Positions 1 through 7,546 of a stretch of 26,742 nucleotides of DNA are shown here, in pieces. The stretch is from IMG/VR virus record IMGVR_UViG_3300043570_002110, positions 1 through 26,742 of that record; one strand, 5' to 3'. Numbering within the stretch: position 1 is the first letter of the stretch; every line of letters starts with the position of its first letter. Below the pieces are notes generated by a model that saw only the letters and a list, made by a program, of their open reading frames with translations, did not search any database and was not told where the DNA came from. This DNA is from a virus. Lineage: Duplodnaviria; Caudoviricetes. The position numbers and the translations under genes are program-made.

Positions 1-2377
1 CTGACGAACCTGAAGTTCCACTTGAACCATCTGTTCCGCTAGTTCCTGATGAACCTGAAGTTCCTGAGCTACCATCTGTTCCGCTAGTTCCTGATGAACC
101 ATCTGTACCGCTAGTTCCTGATGAACCATCTGTACCGCTAGTTCCTGATGAACCTGAAGTTCCACTTGAACCATCTGTTCCGCTAGTACCTGATGAACCT
201 GAAGTTCCTGAGCTACCATCTGTACCGCTAGTTCCTGATGAACCTGAAGTACCATCTGTTCCGCTAGTTCCTGATGAACCATCTGTACCGCTAGTTCCTG
301 ATGAACCTGAAGTTCCACTTGAACCATCTGTTCCGCTAGTTCCTGATGAACCTGAAGTTCCTGATGAGCCATCTGTTCCGCTAGTTCCTGATGAACCTGA
401 AGTTCCACTTGAACCATCTGTTCCGCTAGTACCTGATGAACCTGAAGTTCCTGAGCTACCATCTGTACCGCTAGTTCCTGATGAACCATCTGTTCCGCTA
501 GTTCCTGATGAACCATCTGTTCCGCTAGTACCTGACGAACCTGAAGTTCCTGATGAACCTGAAGTTCCACTTGAACCATCTGTTCCGCTAGTTCCTGATG
601 AACCTGAAGTTCCTGATGAGCCATCTGTTCCGCTAGTTCCTGATGAACCATCTGTACCGCTAGTTCCTGATGAACCTGAAGTTCCACTTGAACCATCTGT
701 TCCGCTAGTGCCTGATGAACCTGAAGTTCCTGAGCTACCATCTGTACCGCTAGTTCCTGATGAACCATCTGTACCGCTAGTTCCTGATGAACCATCTGTA
801 CCGCTAGTTCCTGATGAACCATCTGTTCCGCTAGTTCCTGATGAACCTGAAGTACCATCTGTTCCGCTAGTTCCTGATGAACCATCTGTTCCGCTAGTTC
901 CTGATGAACCTGAAGTTCCACTTGAACCATCTGTTCCGCTAGTTCCTGATTCTCCTGAAGTACCACTTGAACCTGATGTTCCGCTAGTTCCTGATTCTCC
1001 TGAAGTACCGCTTGAACCTGATGTTCCGCTAGTTCCTGATTCTCCTGAAGTTCCTGAAGAACCTGAAGTACCGCTTGAACCTGATGTTCCGCTAGTTCCT
1101 GATTCTCCTGAAGTTCCTGAAGAACCTGAAGTACCGCTTGAACCTGATGTTCCGCTAGTTCCTGATTCTCCTGAAGTTCCTGAAGAACCACTTGAACCAT
1201 CAACTCCACTTAAACCGCTTGAACCTGATGTTCCGCTAGTTCCCGATTCTCCTGAAGTACCACTTGAACCTGATGTACCGCTAGTTCCCGATTCTCCTGA
1301 AGAACCACTTGAACCACTTGAACCTGATGTACCGCTAGTTCCTGATTCTCCTGAAGAGCCACTTGAACCGCTTGAACCTGATGTACCGCTAGTTCCTGAA
1401 GAACCACTTGAACCATCAACTCCACTTAAACCACTTGAACCTGATGTACCGCTAGTTCCTGATTCTCCTGAAGTTCCTGAAGTACCACTAGTACCCGATG
1501 TTCCTGTTCCACCTGTAAAATTAATTATTACATTACCACTTCCGTTATCTATAACAGAAGCACCTGAAAAAGTCATACCTGTAACGTTTGTTGCCGTTAC
1601 ACCTGACGTGGCATCATAAATTGTAAGAGGGCTTCCACCTCCACCGCTTGTAAATCCAGTTACCTGAATATCCTCACCAAGTGAATTGGTAAGAGTTAAA
1701 GTTTGGCTACCACTATTATAAGTTCCACCTGTAATTGGAGCAGTTAAACCTGTAATTGTTATTGTACCGCCAGTATTATTATATAAATCTAAATCTGATG
1801 TACCTGAAAAATATGTACCACCCGTAATTTGAACGTCACTACCATAAAATATCCTCCAACGAGCATCTCCTACTGTTGTCCCACTTTGACCTTCAATTGT
1901 CGAACCAGTCCAAGCGTTAATAAAATCTCTACCCGCTTGTGAACGGTCATTAACCGATGTTGCATAGTCAGTAACAGTAATTCCAGAGTTACCTGTTAAT
2001 CCTGTCAACGCATTCCATAGTGTATCATAATTTGGTATTGTATATTGATATACAGTTTCAGTTTCCTGAACAAATACTTGCATACCTAATCTCCTTCTAC
2101 CTGAAGATATATTATCAGAATTTAACGTTAATACATCACGTGAAAATGCACTTCCCGTTCCTTTCGTGAATTGAATTGGTATTGTATTACCAGAATTTTG
2201 AATTGCTCCTGATGTTACACCGTATGTCGACCAATTTAAATCCGAAAGTGAATATACCTCCATATATCCACCTGTTTGGAGTACAGAAAAATTAGTACCA
2301 AATGTTGCTGTCCTTGTTACGGATTCAGAACCTGAAAGTTGACTTGCGGTTATAGGATTTTTATATGGAAATGACAT
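1..2377 (-). CDS. Collagen-like (Gly-X-Y, Pro-free, Ser/Thr-rich) fibre protein, probable virion appendage; 3' end lies outside the window
   Basis: Translated by hand from ATG at 2377: MSFPYKNPITASQLSGSESVTRTATFGTNFSVLQTGGYMEVY...RRRLGMQVFVQETETVYQY...INFTGGT, then GTSGTSGTSGTSGESGTSGTSGSSGLSGVDGSS... with no stop to position 1 (at least 792 codons). It is absent from the ORF track, presumably because it has no stop in the window. Co-oriented with all neighbouring genes. Confidence 0.9.
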   Translation of the reverse strand, partial: MSFPYKNPITASQLSGSESVTRTATFGTNFSVLQTGGYMEVYSLSDLNWSTYGVTSGAIQNSGNTIPIQFTKGTGSAFSRDVLTLNSDNISSGRRRLGMQVFVQETETVYQYTIPNYDTLWNALTGLTGNSGITVTDYATSVNDRSQAGRDFINAWTGSTIEGQSGTTVGDARWRIFYGSDVQITGGTYFSGTSDLDLYNNTGGTITITGLTAPITGGTYNSGSQTLTLTNSLGEDIQVTGFTSGGGGSPLTIYDATSGVTATNVTGMTFSGASVIDNGSGNVIINFTGGTGTSGTSGTSGTSGESGTSGTSGSSGLSGVDGSSGSSGTSGTSGSSGSSGSSGESGTSGTSGSSGSSGSSGESGTSGTSGSSGTSGESGTSGTSGSSGLSGVDGSSGSSGTSGESGTSGTSGSSGTSGSSGTSGESGTSGTSGSSGTSGSSGTSGESGTSGTSGSSGTSGESGTSGTSGSSGTSGESGTSGTDGSSGTSGSSGTSGTDGSSGTSGTDGTSGSSGTSGTDGSSGTSGTDGSSGTSGTDGSSGTSGTDGSSGTSGSSGTSGTDGSSGTSGSSGTSGTDGSSGTSGTDGSSGTSGSSGTSGTDGSSGTSGSSGTSGSSGTSGTDGSSGTSGTDGSSGTSGTDGSSGTSGSSGTSGTDGSSGTSGSSGTSGTDGSSGTSGSSGTSGTDGSSGTSGSSGTSGTDGSSGTSGTDGTSGSSGTSGTDGSSGTSGSSGTSGTDGSSGTSGSSGTSGTDGSSGTSGTDGSSGTSGTDGSSGTSGSSGTSGTDGSSGTSGSS
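2..1504 (-). repeat. Coding 9-bp-unit repeat array encoding 167 Gly-X-Y triplets (GTS, GSS, GTD, GES, rare GLS/GVD)
   Basis: Gly codons at 1504 and 10 are 1494 nt (166 x 9) apart, so the triplet register is kept. Includes a 63-bp unit in about 3 tandem copies (starts at 1008, 1071, 1134). Confidence 0.92.
1650..1834 (-). repeat. Two 31-aa tandem repeats in the N-terminal region of the collagen-like protein
   Basis: VQITGGTYFSGTSDLDLYNNTGGTITITGLT versus APITGGTYNSGSQTLTLTNSLGEDIQVTGFT, 93 nt apart. Confidence 0.7.
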
Positions 2378-2411
2378 GTTGTTTTGTTTATATTAAAAAT
2401 ATGTTTTTATA

Positions 2412-4979
2412 TTATGTTTTAGTGTCCCCCTTAAAGTAGATTGTAACAGACAATGGAGGTGCCACTGGTTGTTCAGCATACGAACCTAACCATAATACTC
2501 TATAAGTCCCTGCAGGAATGGCTGCTCCTGAAGTTACGATAACGTTTTGTGTTGATAAACCTGGGTCAGGCGTACCATCATTGATAACATTAGTTGCACA
2601 TGCACTACCAGTACCAATATCTACCGTCATATTTGTCATTGTACCTCCAACACCCGCCAATGGTACCCAAATTGAATAGAAGTATTGAATACTAGGGTCT
2701 ACTTGTCCAGGTGCTACCGCGATAGTACCAAACGTATATTGATTTTGTCCACAACCATAAGAATCATTACCCGAACCAGAAACTTGTCTTATTGGTCCTG
2801 CCAAAGTTGTAACAGGCGTTAGGAACCCATCAACAGTAGTTGACCAACCTGAGAAATGAGCATAAACGTCCAAATCAGGAGAATAATTTGGTCCTGCGGC
2901 CGGAGCAACCTGACCATTAAGCCAATAACCATAGAATGAAACGGCACCATTATCTGACATATATTGACCAAGATTATTAGTTGAACTAACATCACTTGGT
3001 TCAGGGAAAATGTAAGCCGAGAATGGTAGATTAGTTGGTGTTGGTGTAGGTGTTTGAGTTGGTGTTTCTGTGTTAGTTGGTGTCTGAGTTACCGTTGGTG
3101 TTGGTGTATTCGTTGGAGTCTCAGTATTTGTTGGTGTCTGAGTTTGGGTTGGCGTTTCAGTGTTAGTTGGTGTCTGAGTTTGGGTTGGCGTTTCAGTATT
3201 TGTAGGTGTATTAGTTGGAGTCTCAGTATTAGTTGGTGTTTGAGTTTGAGTTGGTGTTTCTGTGTTAGTTGGTGTTTGAGTTTGAGTTGGCGTCTCGGTA
3301 TTTGTTGGAGTATTTGTTGGAGTCTCAGTATTTGTTGGTGTCTGAGTTTGAGTAGGTGTTTCTGTATTTGTAGGTGTCTGAGTTTGAGTTGGCGTCTCGG
3401 TATTTGTTGGTGTATTTGTTGGTGTTTCAGTATTAGTTGGAGTTTGAGTTTGAGTTGGCGTCTCAGTATTAGTAGGTGTTTGAGTTTGTGTTGGAGTCTC
3501 GGTATTTGTTGGTGTCTGAGTTGGAGTTTCAGTATTTGTTGGTGTCTGAGTTTGTGTTGGAGTTGGAGTTTCAGTATTTGTTGGTGTCTGAGTTGGAGTT
3601 TCAGTATTTGTTGGTGTCTGAGTTGGTGTTTCAGTTGGGGTAGGTGTTTGAGTTTCAGTTGCAGTAGGTGTTGAACCTGCAGTTGCAGTTGTACTTGGTG
3701 TTGGTGTTTGAGTTTCTGTATTAGTCGGTGTCTGAGTTGATGTTGGTGTTTCAGTATTAGTCGGTGTTTGAGTTTGTGTTGGTGTTTCTGTAGGAGTTTG
3801 TGTTGGAGTCTCAGTATTAGTAGGTGTTTGAGTTTGTGTCGGTGTTTCAGTATTTGTAGGTGTTTGAGTTTGTGTCGGTGTTTCAGTATTTGTAGGTGTG
3901 TTTGTTGGAGTTTCAGTATTAGTTGGCGTTTGAGTTTGTGTTGGTGTAGGCGTAGGTGTTGCGTTATACGTATATCCTGTAATAAATGCATAAGTATAAA
4001 TTGAACCAGGCGCACTAACTATAAGGTTATTAAAAATAGATATTTGAGTTGCGTCGGTATAAACATCGTTTAATACGGTTTGTGTAAATCCTGTTGTTTC
4101 CCCAAACGGAATTACAATATTTACCGAATTAAAAATTGGGATTCCCGTTGTTTCTATTTCGTCAATAAATGATATGTTAAGTGCAACATCAGACAATGTT
4201 GACGCAGTGGCACCATAACCTGCATAAATTGAACCAGACGAATAGAATGCTTCAAGATTAATTATAACACCAGCGGGTGTGACACTTGGAGTAGGGGTTA
4301 ATGTTGGAGTCTCAGTATTAGTAGGTGTATTTGTTGGTGTTTCAGTTGGTGTAGGAGTTTGAGTTTCAGTCGCAGTAGGAGTTAACCCAACAGATGCTGT
4401 CGGAGAAGGTGTAAGTGTTGCAGTTGTAGTTACCGTTGGAGTTTGGGTTTGAGTTGGAGTTTGGGTTTGAGTAGATGTTTGAGTTTGAGTTGGTGTTTCA
4501 GTATTGGTTGGTGTTTGGGTTTGAGTTGGCGTCTCAGTATTAGTTGGTGTTTGTGTATTTGTTGGAGTTACTGTCGGTGTTTGAGTCTGAGTAGCAGTAT
4601 TTGTCGGTGTTTGAGTTTGAGTTGGTGTTTCAGTATTGGTTGGTGTTTGGGTTTGAGTTGGCGTCTCAGTATTAGTTGGTGTTTGTGTATTTGTTGGTGT
4701 AGTCGTTGGGGTTGTGGCAATTGAAGTTACTGATGGTGTTGGTGTAGGTGTTGGCGTTACACACTCAAGGGTTACAACAACCCCATTAAACATGTCTGTT
4801 CTTGTTTGTGCGGAATAATAAATTACATTGTCAACATAAACATTAAATGGTCCTAAGGCGTTTGAATTAGATGCTAATCTAACAATATATGTGGTACAAC
4901 CTGTTACTGTTAATTGTTGTTCAATTTCAGTTCCACATCCAGGTGCATTATTTGTTACTAATATAGAGTAAGTCGACAT
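2412..4979 (-). CDS. Mucin-like Thr/Pro-rich protein (855 aa): three globular domains separated by two T-x-T-x repeat stalks; probable virion fibre or decoration protein
   Basis: ORF track. Stalks are built of TPTNTE/TPTQTQ hexapeptides; no signal peptide is visible; located in the structural gene cluster. Confidence 0.85.
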   Translation of the reverse strand: MSTYSILVTNNAPGCGTEIEQQLTVTGCTTYIVRLASNSNALGPFNVYVDNVIYYSAQTRTDMFNGVVVTLECVTPTPTPTPSVTSIATTPTTTPTNTQTPTNTETPTQTQTPTNTETPTQTQTPTNTATQTQTPTVTPTNTQTPTNTETPTQTQTPTNTETPTQTQTSTQTQTPTQTQTPTVTTTATLTPSPTASVGLTPTATETQTPTPTETPTNTPTNTETPTLTPTPSVTPAGVIINLEAFYSSGSIYAGYGATASTLSDVALNISFIDEIETTGIPIFNSVNIVIPFGETTGFTQTVLNDVYTDATQISIFNNLIVSAPGSIYTYAFITGYTYNATPTPTPTQTQTPTNTETPTNTPTNTETPTQTQTPTNTETPTQTQTPTNTETPTQTPTETPTQTQTPTNTETPTSTQTPTNTETQTPTPSTTATAGSTPTATETQTPTPTETPTQTPTNTETPTQTPTNTETPTPTQTQTPTNTETPTQTPTNTETPTQTQTPTNTETPTQTQTPTNTETPTNTPTNTETPTQTQTPTNTETPTQTQTPTNTETPTNTPTNTETPTQTQTPTNTETPTQTQTPTNTETPTNTPTNTETPTQTQTPTNTETPTQTQTPTNTETPTNTPTPTVTQTPTNTETPTQTPTPTPTNLPFSAYIFPEPSDVSSTNNLGQYMSDNGAVSFYGYWLNGQVAPAAGPNYSPDLDVYAHFSGWSTTVDGFLTPVTTLAGPIRQVSGSGNDSYGCGQNQYTFGTIAVAPGQVDPSIQYFYSIWVPLAGVGGTMTNMTVDIGTGSACATNVINDGTPDPGLSTQNVIVTSGAAIPAGTYRVLWLGSYAEQPVAPPLSVTIYFKGDTKT
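3033..3960 (-). repeat. Coding repeat array, long T-x stalk (about 310 aa of TPTNTE/TPTQTQ/TPTN units)
   Basis: Degenerate 12/18/36-bp periodicity on the + strand (gttggtgtttcagtatt, gttggtgtttgagtttga). Confidence 0.9.
4275..4760 (-). repeat. Coding repeat array, short T-x stalk (about 160 aa), containing an exact 90-bp direct duplication (4476-4565 = 4608-4697)
   Basis: Base-by-base comparison shows the two 90-bp copies are identical, offset by 132 nt. Confidence 0.9.
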
Positions 4980-4994
4980 TCGTTGTTTTACTTA

Positions 4995-5001
4995 ATAAAT
5001 A
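4995..5001 (-). promoter_or_regulatory. TATTTAT candidate late-promoter motif, 15 nt upstream of the ATG at 4979
   Basis: The + strand reads ATAAATA at 4995-5001; same spacing as the sites at 11454 and 20260. Confidence 0.55.
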
Positions 5002-5063
5002 CCACGACTATCTTATTTGAATAAAAAAAAAATAAAACAGATTATTATAAAAATAAAAATATC

Positions 5064-5414
5064 TTATATTACACAAGAAGGGTCTGAATATACAATAGAA
5101 AAATTACAATTTGCTTCTTGAATATCAATATTGACGACACAAGAAGCCAATTCAATAGTAATTTGGAAAGTACAACCAAAAGTACATTGTAATAATTTAA
5201 AAATACTACATCCATTGTTATCCGTTAAGGTTAACATTATCTCAGGAGCAGTATTAAATATTGAAGGTATTGTGTTATTATATTCAACTGTAGGTGGAAC
5301 GGGTCCTGTATTTATAGTACCAAGTAAAGTTTGATAGTTCCCATATACATCTGATATATAGACATCAATTGGGTATGTACCTCCCGATATTTCCGTTATT
5401 CTTACCTGTATCAT
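5064..5414 (-). CDS. Small Cys-rich structural protein (116 aa) with a degenerate SprB-like N-terminal half and an 11-residue Cys-periodic tail
   Basis: The ORF track starts at TTG 5423, but ATG 5414 overlaps the upstream TGA (ATGA) and is the more likely start. Contains GGTYP...LTLTDNNGC, resembling the repeats of the neighbouring gene. Confidence 0.75.
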   Translation of the reverse strand: MIQVRITEISGGTYPIDVYISDVYGNYQTLLGTINTGPVPPTVEYNNTIPSIFNTAPEIMLTLTDNNGCSIFKLLQCTFGCTFQITIELASCVVNIDIQEANCNFSIVYSDPSCVI

Positions 5415-7546
5415 GTTAAACAAATTGTATCATAAACGATTATCAATTCAATAATAATTTCCTGACCATTTAAACTATTGTTAGTTGGACTTGTTTGAAT
5501 TATTATTTGATTATTGGCAGAATCTACCGTTATTACACCAATACCAGGTATTGTATTTAATAAACTAACAACTGTATCATAATAATCATTATCACTTGGT
5601 GCAACATTTAAAGATGTTGTTGTAAAGAACGTATCACTTGTTGTTATACCTAAAGGATTTACGGAAACTTTAACTGTAAAAGTTGCAGATATTAAACTAC
5701 AACTTGTATTTCCCGAAGTTAAATCATCAAATCCAACATTCAACATTTGTAACAATCCAAACTTAGTTTGTGATTGAATGTTAAACACTTGAGACCCCAT
5801 TACATAAGTTTGATAAGAAACATATGCCGCATCACAAGTAATACTGGTAGTTCTTGATAATGAACATCCATTATCATCAACTATTGTTAAATTGTATGTT
5901 CCACCTGTTAAACCTGTGACAGTAATTTCTTGTGGGTTATTAGGTATATTATCAGACCAAGTAAATACGAAAGGTGGAGTACCAGATGAGATAAATGCAG
6001 TTAACATCCCATCAGAACCTGTACCACAGGAAGTGCTATATAAACTATAATCTAACGGTGAACTTTCCCCAACATATACTTGAGTAGTTTGGGTACAACC
6101 CGTACTATCTGTAACGGTAATTGTATGTTGTCCCGATGAAACATTATCAAATGTAATTGCAGATAATGTAGTATCATTTATATTAACTAAACCATCTAAT
6201 GAATAGTCAAATGGAGATTCTCCCCCATCACTCTTGTTAACTGTGATATAACCATTATCACGATTGCAAGTTGTTCCTGTAGTTTCAGTGGAAATTGTAA
6301 AGGTATTAGTAGCATATAATGTAACCTCATCCATATAAAAACATCCCGATTCATCTTGAACCGAAACTGAATATGTTCCCGAAGCTAAATTTGAAAATAA
6401 TTGAGTGGTTTGATTATTACTAACATTTAATGTATTCCCATTAGGATAAATTAAAGTATAGATATAAGGCGATGTACCTCCAATAACCGAAACAGTTATT
6501 GAACCACCATTACTTGAACATGTTGAACCTTGTGTTGAAATACTAACAGACGTTATACCATTTGGTGATGTTAGAGTTGTACCTACCGTGATTGTACATA
6601 AAGCTGCATCGGTAACTTGGAAAGAATAATTTCCTGGTGATAATCCAGATATTGACCATGATGTCGGATATTGGACCACCACTTGACCTGTGGATGCAGA
6701 ATAGTAATAAGGTGCGGTTCCTCCCGTAATTTGAATGGTTAAAACTCCATCGGCGGAAAAACAAGTTGGTTCCGTTGCTGTAAATATTCCCAACCCTATT
6801 GGCGGTACATCAACAATTGTTGCAGACTTTGTTGTCACACATCCATAAAAATCTGTGACACTAACAGAGTAATTTCCCGCAGTTAATCCAGTTACAGTTG
6901 ACCCTGTGGCACTTGTGTTCCAAAGATATGTATATGGTGGACTACCTGTTAAACCAGTAATCATAATTTTACCCATAGCACTACCTCCGCAAGATGAGTT
7001 TGGTACCACATATAGTCCATAATCTAATGTATCGGAATCTTCAACGATAAAATTGGCACTTTGTCCTGTACAACCACCCAAGTCAAGAACAGTTATATAA
7101 TATGTTCCCGCTGTTAGGCTTCCAAATTCAACGGTAGATTGGCTTGTAGTTGCAGATTGAGAAAATACCCCATCTCCATGATATAAATAAAAACTTGTTG
7201 AGGAATAATCAGATGTCGATGTTCCTGTAACTGCCCCGTTATTTTCAGAACATGTTGTTCCCATAACTCCAAGAATACTTGCACATACCCCACTTGATAC
7301 TGGTATATTAATGTAAAATTCACTATTTGTTGGTAGGGTACTATCATTAACCCTAACCGCATATGTTGTGGCGCTTAATCCCGTTTTAACCGCAGGTGAT
7401 GTTGTAACAATATCAGGTGATAATACAGGACTTAACCATTGTACTGTATATGGTGGAGTACCACCAGTCAAAGTCAAACTAATTGACCCTGAGTTTGTAT
7501 TTGAACAATCCCCCGTAACCGCTATGTTATAATTAAACACTGACAT
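5411..7546 (-). CDS. SprB-repeat (Ig-like, Bacteroidota adhesin-type) protein, 711 aa; probable virion adhesin
   Basis: About 7 repeats of roughly 80 aa with C...G.I.....GG..PY.Y.W...GL..G.Y...V.D..GC (e.g. GGTPPYTVQW, GLTAGNYSVSVTDFYGC, NLASGTYSVSVQDESGC, GLTGGTYNLTIVDDNGC), matching the SprB repeat pattern. Confidence 0.8.
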   Translation of the reverse strand: MSVFNYNIAVTGDCSNTNSGSISLTLTGGTPPYTVQWLSPVLSPDIVTTSPAVKTGLSATTYAVRVNDSTLPTNSEFYINIPVSSGVCASILGVMGTTCSENNGAVTGTSTSDYSSTSFYLYHGDGVFSQSATTSQSTVEFGSLTAGTYYITVLDLGGCTGQSANFIVEDSDTLDYGLYVVPNSSCGGSAMGKIMITGLTGSPPYTYLWNTSATGSTVTGLTAGNYSVSVTDFYGCVTTKSATIVDVPPIGLGIFTATEPTCFSADGVLTIQITGGTAPYYYSASTGQVVVQYPTSWSISGLSPGNYSFQVTDAALCTITVGTTLTSPNGITSVSISTQGSTCSSNGGSITVSVIGGTSPYIYTLIYPNGNTLNVSNNQTTQLFSNLASGTYSVSVQDESGCFYMDEVTLYATNTFTISTETTGTTCNRDNGYITVNKSDGGESPFDYSLDGLVNINDTTLSAITFDNVSSGQHTITVTDSTGCTQTTQVYVGESSPLDYSLYSTSCGTGSDGMLTAFISSGTPPFVFTWSDNIPNNPQEITVTGLTGGTYNLTIVDDNGCSLSRTTSITCDAAYVSYQTYVMGSQVFNIQSQTKFGLLQMLNVGFDDLTSGNTSCSLISATFTVKVSVNPLGITTSDTFFTTTSLNVAPSDNDYYDTVVSLLNTIPGIGVITVDSANNQIIIQTSPTNNSLNGQEIIIELIIVYDTICLT

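Noticed and set aside
1210-1425. 71-aa minus-strand ORF (QVVLQE repeats)
   Set aside because: Alternative frame inside the collagen-like gene, open only because of the repeat.
708-1619. 303-aa + strand Pro/Glu/Val-rich ORF (PDEPEVP...)
   Set aside because: Antisense shadow of the Gly-X-Y array (Gly codons read as Pro on the other strand); opposite to all real genes.
4476-4697. Possible DGR template/variable repeat pair
   Set aside because: The copies are identical with no adenine-specific mismatches, and there is no reverse transcriptase in the window.
3054-4724. Cys/Trp-rich + strand ORFs (3054-3674, 3768-4004, 4443-4724) and the 308-aa His/Gln/Leu ORF (3089-4015)
   Set aside because: Shadow frames of the T-x repeat stalks, confined to the repeats.
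1-4760. Possible CRISPR array or non-coding satellite
   Set aside because: Units are multiples of 3 nt, vary at wobble positions, have no unique spacers and lie within open reading frames.
5023-5032. A10 homopolymer as a phase-variation tract
   Set aside because: Intergenic in an AT-rich genome, with no evidence of length variation from a single sequence.
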